DNA of 63,099 nt, the filler included, from Kipferlia bialata (lineage: Eukaryota), in NCBI GenBank assembly GCA_003568945.1. It is 4 parts of 4 records of this genome, joined end to end, with 100 filler letters (N's around TTAATTAATTAA, not from the genome) between each part and the next. Parts side by side here need not be neighbours in the genome. Positions count along the whole stretch, not along the records: positions 22,745 to 45,374 come from BDIP01000287.1; positions 45,475 to 54,671 come from BDIP01000348.1; 2 more parts are not named here. One strand, given 5' to 3'. Shown one piece after another: positions 35,506 to 47,313 of the stretch (position 1 is its first letter; the number at the start of each line of letters is the position of its first letter). Both the position numbers and the translations under genes were made by a program. The notes under the pieces are model-generated. The model made no database searches, was not told the DNA's origin, and saw only the letters and a program-made list of their open reading frames with translations.

Positions 35506-36380
35506 GTGAGTGTGTTTGTGGGTCACACATGGTGTATATCATTATTTCCATCCCCGCAACCCAACCTTACCCTGTGGCATATTCCGTGTGTCTGTCTGCC
35601 ATACCCTCACCTATAGGATTTCTATTATCTTGACCATGTCCCACTAACACTCAGTCTTCCCCCCTGTGGCCTCTGCCCTGGGTGTATCCCCCACACCCCT
35701 AGAGGCAGAGGTAGTGGATGTCAACGGCACGGTGGGAATGATGGTCAAGAGAAGGGATATAGTAGTGCAGTCACAGTGCCCCCAATGACCTTGGGGAAAG
35801 ATATGAAAGAGTGTAGGTGGATGTATACATACATATACATAGAGTGATTGACACCGTGGACAATTGTTAGGGGGATGCCCCCAATGACCTTGGGGGTCAG
35901 TGGCTATAGTAGTGCATGTGGTCAATGGCACAGTGGGCATCATGTCATGATGGTCAAGGGAAGGGACGCACTGCAGTAGAGTGGGAATGACGTTCTTTAC
36001 ACCATGCAGGTCTTGTCTTCAGATGAGATACGGAGAGACAACGTGGCCGGCAAACGCATAACGAGAAATCTCTTTGTGACCCTCTTTCTTCACCGGAATA
36101 GATACACTCAATCGAAGGGAAGCACACTCTTGGTGGCAAGGGAACGTTCACACTGTAACAGTGCCACTCGATTACTGTCGATCAAGGAGTATATATGATA
36201 AGAATCAGAGTCTATGCTCAATCGTGTCTATTCCAGCATTGGTACTGTGAGGACCTCCCTTCCACATGGGAGTTCCATGTGGTTGCTGTCTGCAGCCAGT
36301 ATCTCCATGACGACACATTCCACCACACCCTATGCACCATACTATACACTGTACACTCCACACTCCCGCTGTGTCACCCC

Positions 36381-38353
36381 TCAGCATGGCACCGAGAGTG
36401 CCTCCCCAGGCTGGATGTCCCGCATGGCACGGAACGACTAGGGTGGGTGTGGTATCTGTGCTACACATGTATTATGAATCGATGCACTTGTGTATGTCAT
36501 TGCACGGAAGGACTAGGATTGGACAGAGATAGGCATGTGGGTTCAAAAGATAGCTCTAGTGGAGTAAAAACACCAAGGGTCCATTAGAATAGGCACAATA
36601 GGTAAGGTACTCAAATAGATCGATAGAGGGAAGCTGTGTATCTGACATCCACCCACCATCAGCCCAGTCTCTCCCTCCCAGTAGCAGTACAGAGTGGGGT
36701 CCTTCCTCACCCTTCTGCACAGGTGAGTCACAACAGGATATAATATAGTGACTAAGTATATAAACCAATCACAGTAATGATAATGGGACAACAGAAATGT
36801 ATCCATATTGCCTCGATATATGTTGTCTATTATCCAGACTGGGTCCTATTTCTGACTATCAGCCTGACTAATAGGTAGCATACACACACATACATATATA
36901 TAAATAGCTATATGTATGTCAACCACCTGAACCATGCTGCCATGAGACAGAAGCAGGACTCGTCGTCACAGGAGTAGGACTGGGGTTAGATAGTATGTAA
37001 CAGACAATGTAATACGCATTTGCATACACCATATGTATTATCAACGCCAGTAGACAGTATGATATGAACAGGAATATACTCATTAACATACACTATATAT
37101 TGTGTCAATGTCAGTAGTGGTTCTGGGGTCAAGGGAGATAGTGGCAACTGCAGTGGCAAAGCATAGCAGAATGAGCTAATGGTAGAAGGCTTCAATGTAG
37201 ATTACATGTAGTCCCCAATCCACATACAACATGAGTACATCTATACAAGAGTAGTAGAGAATATGCATAAACCAATGAATACACCGGAATACAATGTGCA
37301 CTGTATGCTCTCAGCCTCACACTCACGTCACGTGAGTTATACTGTTTGCCAACTCGTTGCCTACGCCTTGCACATTGGGTTTCTGAACTATAGTAAAACA
37401 TTATAGTAAATAGTTATAGTAAATATCCTCACATTTCTTCCCAGCATGTTGAGAATGCCCTTAACACTGGGCTCTTTCCCGTTATCCCTCTTGTAGATGT
37501 CCCACTCCTGCTTGCTGGGGTTAATAAGCCTAATAAAGGGGTAACGATTGAACCTAATGAGGGAAGAGGAATTCATTAGGGGTTATATCTGAATTATTAG
37601 GGGGGCATAATGGAGAACAGAGCTAGAGAGAGAGAGCAGGGAGGGGGGGAGAGACAAGGTGTGTTATTTTGTGTATACACCCACTGCTATGCCATTCCAC
37701 CCACCTGAGGCTGGATAGGTGGCCATATATACACACACACATATATATTCATACATAACCAACTATTATAATATATATGTACAAATATAATGTATCCTCT
37801 GTGACTCCCACCTGAGGCTGGACAGTAAGGGGTTTGGGGTGGGGGGGGGGGTAGGAGTCCTGTTTCACTGGAAAGAGTCCCTTGCTACATTATCCAACCC
37901 ACCTCAGCACAATGTTTCCCTTCTTGATGGCCTCCTGGTATTAGTATCAGTGTAAGTATTTGTATATATATATTCCATATTCTACATGGTACCTTGGCAT
38001 ACACCCCCCAGGCACTGTCAGTCTGATCAAGACGGACAGGCACTGGGTGAGATGGGCATAGAGTATATATATATATAATTAAGAAGGGAATCCTGTCGGT
38101 GCATACATGCACTCATATACCACTCATATATATATATATAAATATGACAAGGTGAGGGTGGGGACACACATGCTAAGGGACAGCTTGGCAGTTCAGAGAC
38201 ACAGTCTTACTGCACACACATATCAATGAGCACACCTGACAACACTATGGACCAGTTACCACCCACACACCCATGTTATCACATGACACCTGTACTGTCC
38301 TAACCTAGGTCTGTGGCTGTACCGACGGGTAGCCAGTGGGACGGGTATGCCAT
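36381..38353 (-). CDS. Small stand-alone SET-domain-fold protein (~130 aa) with a degenerate catalytic motif
   Basis: Exons 38353-38305, 38042-37993, 37934-37903, (optional 6-nt microexon), 37514-37433, 36979-36927, 36714-36657, 36437-36381 all splice in phase to MAYPSHWLPVGTATDLVPVRLDQTDSAWGVYAKEAIKKGNIVLS(LS)KQEWDIYKRDNGKEPSVKGILNMLGRNSYSCDDESCFCLMAAWFRRVRKDPTLYCYWEGETGLMSFRAMRDIQPGEALSVPC*. SET motifs WGVYAKEAIKKG and RAMRDIQPGEAL are present. Confidence 0.8.
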
Positions 38354-38854
38354 TGTACACAGTGCTGTGGAGAGTGTGAGACACGATTCACTCGAGTGAA
38401 CCCTTGGAGAGTTTTAAACGGTTCACTGCTAGACTGTTCATTGCTAGATCACTAGACCCTTTTCTCATCCCGTGGCTACTCTTGTCACAAGAGCTATTTT
38501 TACAGTTACAGCTCTTACACCATTTGCAGTCGAGAACTGAGGTAGATCTATCACAGTCTAGTCTTACAACACATCAGACTTGAATGATAGAGCCAATGTC
38601 ACACAATGATTTATATTCACACCACACTTGCACCCAACATGAGGGCACATACTCAACTGGTTAATTCTTGCTATTCTGACACACTATTCTGACACACACT
38701 GACTCTCCCTCTCCCTCTCTCTCAAAGAGACACACACACTCATTGAGTCTCTCTCTTACAGAGCTGACAGTGAATGTGAGTGTTTCGGTAACCTGAAACA
38801 TGACTTCTCTCTCCCTCTCTCTCCCTCTCTCTCTTCATGTCTCTCTCCCTCCAC

Positions 38855-41800
38855 CTATATAGTGAATGTGAAGTCCGTTGCTATCTGGAAGAGCCTGTCC
38901 CCGTATAGGAAGGAGGAGTTGACGAATTGGACACCGGGGACAAGGGGGAGGGGGATGCCGCCAATGACCTACTGATTAGTGTCAAAATATAGTAGGTCAT
39001 ACATGTAACAAGTGTTGTCAGGCTGGAGCCCAGAGGAAATAGGGGGACATATGTCTATACACCCATCTGTATATATACATGTATGTACATGCATTCCCAC
39101 CTCGAACAGGTCGTTCCAGAGAGGGATGATGACATACTCAAAGAGTACATCAATCACATCCCCTAGGCCTGACAGATCTATGCTGTCTGTGATGGTGTAG
39201 ACAGTGTCAAGGTCCATGTCCTAAAGTGGGTGGCATGTATATACTCAGTATACTATACTGACATATCAATATATGTATGGTGTATATACATTTACTATAT
39301 ATGTGTTCATGATGTAGACAGTGTCCAGGTCCATGTCCTGGGTATAAGTGGATACTTATATACAAATATGAATACTCTTTCACTGAATATTGTATACTGT
39401 ATCCTATATAGACTAGGCAAATAATTGTGTTGTGTTTTATATACTACAAATACTACATGTCAATGTGTAGACAGCATCCAGTTACATGTTCTTATGAGGA
39501 GTACTCGTGTTGCACACATTACACACTGTATACTCTATACTTGCATATCCATGATACAATATATATTGTGATATTCAATTGAATACACCAACCTCAAACT
39601 CAAACACGGCTGATATGAACACATCAGTGCTGTTTGACATCAGGAGGGGCTCCATAGAGAGCGCTGGGGTCAGATACATGGATACATATAGGTATATGTC
39701 AAGGGAGAGAAAGAGGTACAGGGTAGTGGCTGTTTGACATCAGGAGGGGCTCCATGGACAGGGCTGGGGTGAGGCATATATATGTGGATAGTACTATAGG
39801 GAGAGATAGAGATACTGCTTGAGGGCTCCATAGACAGGCCAAGAGAGAGTGATCTCCACAGAGTCAAGGATAGAGATATAGAGAGATACATAGAGAGAGA
39901 TACAAAGGGGGCATGTACCTTGGTGGAGATCGAAGATGGCAGAGTAGAAACATGGAGAGATATGTAGAGGAAGGGAATGTGGGATGTACATACCCAGGTG
40001 GAGGTCAAGGTCAAAAATGTCTGTCTGATACCTGGGGTGAGAGTGGTGTGTGTGTACTATTCTATTTCCGTCTGGCGAACAACGCGGCCCCATACCGCAT
40101 ATACATGGTATTATGGGAAACAGAGGAGTAATCCATGTACCAACTCTACAGAGTTTTATACCCATACCCGTCACATGCTATGGCTGATATGGTTGCATCT
40201 GCAGCGAGGTGCATTCCATCACTGTCGGAGAAGGACACAGTGGGGTACTCACTCGGCTCAAGCTGGGGTCATGTAACAACATGTATCATAACAAACATGC
40301 AACATGTATACACTCTATATCACTATACTATAGTCACTTGATGCTGATATCCGTACCTGCATGTAGAACTCCATGTCCTGGTCGGGGAAGATGTCCCTCA
40401 GGCCTGGCAGTAAGACGAATATACACATTGATGTATACCACGTGACAGTAAAAGACGAAGAGCTACATAATATAGCCTATAATACTATAGGGGCGTGCGT
40501 CCATACAACATGCATATATATGCCATGCAGCATACACTGTACCTGGCATGAACACAGCCAGTGACCGGATGGTCAGGGGCCACCACTTCTCCTGGGGGTG
40601 AGAGATACCGGAGTGAGAGAGTAGCAGTAGTTGATATATGGGTAGACAGGGTCAAATATACGACCTGGCGGCACTACTCCAGAAATAGAGTGTTTTATCA
40701 AAGACTAGCGCTATCTGATTACATATTTCGATTTAGTATGTTACCGACAGTATATATATACGGGTTACGTACGAAGTCTGCCTCGACATCTGCACTCTTG
40801 TGAATGCATACACATATGAGTACATAATATATACTATGTATACAAATGTATATACATTACACGTACGAAGTCTGCCCCGACGTCTGCGTTGGTGATGTTG
40901 AACCCAAGGACACCTGGGTATGAGGGAGAGTCAGAGTCAGAGTCAGCCAAGTGACATCAGGATACTTGTGCATATGAAAGAGAGGGAGAGATTGAGATAC
41001 AGAGAGACGTGCAAACTCTATTCCACCGAGAAATAGAGTGTCTCTCCTATGAAGAGGGGTATAGATACCCATCTACCTCTCTGCATGGAGATCATCCTAT
41101 ATATATATATATATGTATATATACTATATGTATACTACAATACACACTTGTACCTCTGTCTGTGGACAGTGCCAGTAGGGAGTTGGGCACATCCTCTGTG
41201 ATCACAAGCTGGGGGTTAGTAGGCAGTGCATTGGAAGCATAGAAGTATTTTGAGTATAGGTTCACCAGTCATAGGATAGGCCTGACGTAAAGAACTCACC
41301 TGAAATGATGTGACTTCCCCATCCGAAAGCGATACACATGCATATGTGTAGACAGCGAGTATGTATGTATATCACACCTGCAATGATGTGAAATCCCCGT
41401 CTGACAGTGTGTGTGGCACTATGGTCAGGGGATATACCCAGGAGGGATCGTCATACTGGCCGAACTGGCCCTGGGCATAGAGCGACAGGGAGTCTGGGGT
41501 GAGACAGAAGGAGAACATACAATCAGAAACACAATACATTGAACACATATGTATGAACACGTGTGTATTGTGGCCCTGGGCATAGTCTATGCTGCATAGA
41601 GCGACAGGGAGTCTGGGGTGGGAGAGGGGGGAAGAGAAATGAATAGAGTCCGGCGTGACCAGTAAGAGCTTTCTATCAATGACAGTACATATTGCAGTGT
41701 ATGTAACAGAATGCACCTGCTGTGACGACTGGGTCCCCTGTGAGGTAGAGGAAGATGTACTCCTCAGAGTCAATGGGGGCTACCTGGGGTAAGGGAGAAG

Positions 41801-44759
41801 GAGAGAGAGGGTCTAGGTACCTATTGTTCCCAGTGTGTAATAAGAGATACACATGTGTATATGCATACACTCCATAACCATTGTAGCCAGCGTGTCCTGG
41901 GATATATATACATTTATCTTCATAAGTCTCTTCAATATATATATATATATATGCCTACCCACCATGACCATTGTAGCCAGTGTGTCCTCTGATATGTCCA
42001 GAATGGCATCGGGGAGGGAGTCTTCGATGGAGTCCTGATGTCAGATATGTATGTATTCAATGGAATACAGAAATATATGGAATGAAATGCTGGGAGGAGA
42101 GGTATGGATGAAGAGTGTAGAGAGACAGAAAGAGAACTGTACATGATTCCATCGGGGAGGAAGCCCTCGATAGAGTAGCTATACGAGTAGTACACTCCTC
42201 GACAGAGTCGTTGATAGTCTACAGGCGCACAGATGTGAGTGTGTGTGTATATGTAGTATATGTAAGATATACATAATGTGTCTGCATCCCTACCTCGATT
42301 GAGTCCTTGATGGTACCCTCGCATGCATCTATCACTAGGTCATACAGCCAGCTGACAATGGAACCATGCATGTCGACGTCTGGGTGAGACGTGTACAGTA
42401 CAATAGATGAGATATATGTATTAGTACAATATGCTTCTATGGACCAACACATACCGACACCTGTGAGTGGGACGGAGAGAGCGGCGAATACTCTATATCA
42501 CGGTTAGTTATACAGAACACTTGCAAAACTTGTATAAGCAGAGTATGTAATATACAAGAGTATGTGTCAATGAATCAATACATGTCGACATCTGATGAAA
42601 GATTATGATACTAGCTCATACTAGCATTCGATGTGTAGATACTACACGGTGGCCCCACCTATGTTACCGACATCGGCATGAACATAGGGCACGTCCAGAT
42701 ACAGCTGGGGTGAGAGACAGTGAGTTCTCTACTATATAATATATACAATGCACTAGTATTACAAGAAAAACTGTATATATGTATATAAAACTGTATATAT
42801 GTATATAGATACACTCTAATACACCCACGCAAAGACACCTCTATATACAGCTGGGGTCATGTATACTTGGTGAGGGAGCTGTCTCGGCGTCTCCGAGTAG
42901 TATACACTGTATAGAGTGGAACCGCCAGTAGTGAGAAAGAACTCAGTCCGCTTACCTCACTCGAGTGGTCATGGAGACCAATCGTAACCATAGTGGTCAT
43001 TCATAGTTATGTATATATATGTGCATCTATACACATCGTACATGTTACTAGCTATACTATAAGAATGTATGGCTCTGTACCTCCCCCGAGTGATCATGGA
43101 GACCAATGGTGAGGCCGATTGCCACATCCTTGACCTTGAGGTCGGCGGATCTGACACGGTAAGGAGTTAACATATATGCTATGAAAAGCCCTATTTATAA
43201 TACATAATACTTATAATCCAATACATAAACATAATTATGCGGTCGTTGCTCAGTTATCCGTTAGTGGAATATATCCATTCAATGTATACCATAACGGTGA
43301 TTAGGCATGTACTTCATGTTCGACATATCGATACATATATACACACGGATTAATAGATATACAATGATGTATATCATGCGCATCTATACATATCATACCC
43401 GTGGTCTGACATGTACTTCATGCTCCATGCCCAGTCCATAGAGCCCTGGAAGGTGAGAGAGAGGGAGATAGGGTGAGGGATATATATATATATATATATA
43501 ATGTGAGAGAGGGATAGAGAGCGAGTCTGGCCCATAGAGCCCTGGTATGTGATATAGGGAGAGAAAGAGGGGGGGGGAGTTACAGAGGAAGTGATGACCA
43601 TACCTTCATTGTGAACCCTGAGATGTTGACACTGACACCTGGAATGTGAGAGGTGGATAGATCGAGAGGTCGATAGAGAGAGAGAGAGACAGAGAGGTGT
43701 TGACACTGACACCTGGAAGGTGAGATTAATTCACACAGGCAATGTGCATATATTCATGATATATACCATACGAAAACAGAAGTATGGATGATACTATATC
43801 ATACGCATATGTGCATATATATTGATACACGTACCCGTCTCACTGAACGATATTGCAAAGTGCCCCCAGTCTGTGACATTGATGTGGATGGAGGTGAGGT
43901 CAATGTCCACATGGCCTGGGGTCAGGGTGGGGTACACACACATATATTTATATATATAGATCAGTGTATGTGAATATATATATATATATATTTATATATA
44001 TATGTTAATATATGGTATGTGGATGGAGGTGAGGTAAATGTCCACGTGGCCTGTGTTAGCGTATACTAATACATGTCTCTACACTGATATATATTAACAT
44101 GTGAGAGAGAGAGGGGGGGGAGAAGGTGAGGTCAAGGTCCACATGGCATGGGGTCAGTGAACATGGATATATACATATCCATTCATGTATATACATATCT
44201 CAATACATTGGGGAGAGAAAGAAAGAGTAATGCAGAGGTCAATGTCCACATGGCATGGGGTCAGTGGAGAGTTTAGAGAGAGAATACATACAGTGGAGAG
44301 AGAGGGACATGTGGGAAAGAACGGGTGATAAACGGCCGGAGGAACATATGGAGAGAAGCAGACAGAGACGGGGGGAGAGAGAGAGAAGAAGGGAGGTAGA
44401 ACACGTGCATACTTGCCTTGGATGCAAGGTGGGGAACATAAGGAGGGATGCAGACAAAGAGAGACAGAATGAAGGAGAGCCTAAGGGTCCATGTCTATAC
44501 TGTCTAGGGTCCATGTATTGTGAAGTATCGTTACCTATGGGTGTGTCGACATGTGCCTCGTGGATGTCAGTGACAATACATTATATGTATGTATATATAT
44601 ATATATATACAATAATATATAGTCTCTCTACCTATGGGTGTGTCGACGTGTTTCTCGTGGATGTCAGGCACGGTGATGGAGGTGAAGGCCTTCTCAAGCC
44701 TAAGAAGATGAGTGAGAGATTAGAAGAGAGAGCAGAGAGACATAGAGAGAGAAATAGAG

Positions 44760-44795
<36 letters not shown>

Positions 44796-45205
44796 GTGAA
44801 GGCCTACTCAAACCTGAGGGTATAGAGAGAGAGAGAGAGAGAGAGATAGGGAGAGATTAAGAGACCGGAGTAAGAGAGAGTGAGAGAGAGTGAGAGAGAG
44901 TACTGACCCACATTGTCACTACTACCATCAGTATGGACGAAATTGAAATTGACACAAGTGTCACATTTCTCTTTTGATCCACACGCCATTGTATACAGAC
45001 ATAGAGTATTGGATCTTACATTATCTCAGAGAGAGAGAGAGAGAGAGAGAGAGACCACTCACACTGGGAGGAATGTGGCCTCGATATTCTCGATGGCTGC
45101 TATGTTGAGCGAGGTCAGGAAGCCACTGGGGGCCACGCTGCCCAGTGCGCCACACACATAGAGCAAGAGGGAAAGGACCAGGAGGGTGCATGCAGAGGAT
45201 GGCAT
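38855..45205 (-). CDS. BPI/LBP/CETP-family secreted protein, copy 2 (about 19-20 exons, echo-rich introns)
   Basis: Signal MPSSACTLLVLSLLLYVCGALG. Family-like segments ITVPDIHEKHVDTPIGHVDIDLTSIHI, GSMDWAWSMKYMSDHGSADLKV, DVDMHGSIVSWLYDLVID and QLVITEDVPNS. C-terminus IIPLWNDLFEVIGGIPLPLVPGVQFVNSSFLYGDRLFQIATDFTFTI* is typical of BPI/LBP. Confidence 0.88.
39310..44815 (-). repeat. Intronic exon echoes in BPI/LBP copy 2
   Basis: About 20 partial copies, e.g. at ~39310, 39463, 39729, 39818, 39916, 40765, 41298, 41593, 41868, 42142, 42953, 43290, 43525, 43693, 44019, 44125, 44235, 44533 and 44789. Confidence 0.92.
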
Positions 45206-45374
45206 GGCACTTGGTGAAGAGAAGAGGAATGCGGCATTGTTGTTATTGGCAATGTCACAAGGCTGAATGGTAGAAATGTTCACCTACACCCTTTTGTCAT
45301 TCTTTCGAGATCACTGAAAATCAGACCTCCGACTTGTTGTTTATCTAGTTTAGGGGCATTTAGCAGACCCTTTT

Positions 45375-45474
45375 NNNNNNNNNNNNNNNNNNNNNNNNNN
45401 NNNNNNNNNNNNNNNNNNTTAATTAATTAANNNNNNNNNNNNNNNNNNNNNNNNNNNNNNNNNNNNNNNNNNNN
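45375..45474. other. Assembly gap with TTAATTAATTAA linker
   Basis: N run with linker at 45419-45430. Confidence 0.98.
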
Positions 45475-47043
45475 ACAGGTGAGTCATGATATTCTTCTGG
45501 GACCCATGTTATTTCCCTAACCCCCCCCCCCCCCCCTCATTGTCCAGTCTAGCCTTGACCGCCTGACCGCTCTGAAGCACCTGAGAGAGGAGGCCAAGGT
45601 GGAGGAGACCCAGCTGCAGACCAAGGCGAGTGTTCGGAGAGGTTCATGAGGAGTAGTACCATCTTGAATGAATCACCCTACTTGTATATCCCTTTCTCAC
45701 CCTAGATTGTTGCTCTCACGGCCCGTATTGCCACTGTGGGTGAGCAGATCAGCAACACCACCCACTACATCTCGAGGTTGGAGAGAGACCTGGCCGCACT
45801 CGACGCCAAACAGGGTACGTGAGAGGACCATAGACAACCCCCCCCCCCCACTCTGTCGGTACATGTCAGTATCTGTATGTATTGTAACCATATAGCAGCC
45901 CCTGTCCTCACGCCAGAGTCTCTCTCCTCTCAGCTGTGTGCCGCAGTGTCCGGCATAGCCATTCTGAAGCAGAAGACGCAGGAGGAGACAGAGGCCGAGG
46001 AAAGGAGAGAGAGAGACAGGGCCAGGAAGAGGCAGGATGCTCAGATGGCCTATGACACTCTGAAGAAGGTGAGTAGGACTGGGATGCTGAGTGAAGGTAC
46101 CAGTGCTATATATGAATGTATTCACTGTCTCACCCTTCAGGAGACCAAGATAGCCGAGGAGGAGGGAGAGGCAGAGATTCTGCGACTGGAGAGAGAGACG
46201 CAGGCTGTGCTGGCGCAGCAGCAGAGAGAGGTGGGTGGTGTGTTGTTTAACCTCCTTCTACTAGTCCCTCTGTTCCAGTGAGTGTGGTTTTGTCTTCCCC
46301 GTGTCTCACCATGAGGTGGAGGCACTGACTCTCCAACTGCGCCAGGTGACCAACACCACTCTACGCCACAACCTGCAGGCTGAGGTGTGTCATTGTTGGG
46401 CTATACCTTACATATCCTGTCCCCATGCCCCAGCACCTGCTAACCCCAGGACCTGAGGAATGAACAGCAGAGGCTGGAGGCCAGGGACAACGCCAGGCAG
46501 GCCAGAGACAGCGTCACGGACTCAAACCAGAGACAGGTCGGGATGTCTTGCCATATATATTATAGATTATGTCTCTATGTTAAGCTCCATACCTCACGTG
46601 TGTCTCAGTGTGTCTAACGCCAGGCCCCGTCCTCTGCTTATGAGGGGACATTCACGTTTGGTACCCCAGGGCGAGACAGGGAACGGGAGAACCCCCCTCA
46701 CGTGTCGTCCCGGCGTGACTCTGTCATGTCTGGGTGGGGGAGTGACGCAGGGAGTGTATCCTTCACAGGCATCAATGAGCCAGACAGAGAGAGAGAGAGA
46801 GAGGTGACCTACACCTCCTATACCAGTCGAAACTCCACCCCAACCCACTCTCGGCACCACTCCCGCCACCACTCCACACACTCCCTGCCACACGTGTCGC
46901 CCCCCCACTCCATGTCTCTGTCCCCTTCACATACACACACAGGCCACCAGGTCCATGCCGCTAGGCAGGAGGGGAGGGAGGGCCAGTCCCGTGACAAGCC
47001 CAGGGACCTCCCCCTGCCCACTCTTTCCTTCACCGACAGCTGA
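45475..47043 (+). CDS. 3' part of a coiled-coil protein with a Ser/His-rich tail
   Basis: In-phase exons LDRLTALKHLREEAKVEETQLQTK / IVALTARIATVGEQ...LAALDAK / ...EERRERDRARKRQDAQMAYDTLKK / ETKIAEEEGEAEILRLERE...; stop at 47041-47043. Confidence 0.7.
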
Positions 47044-47313
47044 GACCGCTCGGGCTACAGTTCTATAAATGACCTTCTTCCATGTACACATCACTGAGAG
47101 GCACAGCTACATTGACCATAGAACGTCGATATATTTCAAATCTGTTACACAGTGGGGATAAAATAGAAATAGACAGTTGCGGTACAAACTGACTAATAAT
47201 AGTAGGAATGGTCCAGGATGGTAACATCTCATAATCCTGGAAACTCAGAAAATATGCATTGGGACTTGCAACATGTCTTATGACAAAGTAGCGGTATCAC
47301 ACTGACTCTGGGG

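Noticed and set aside
44255..44860. 201-aa RE-rich ORF
   Set aside because: Antisense to BPI introns; produced by (GA)n repeats.
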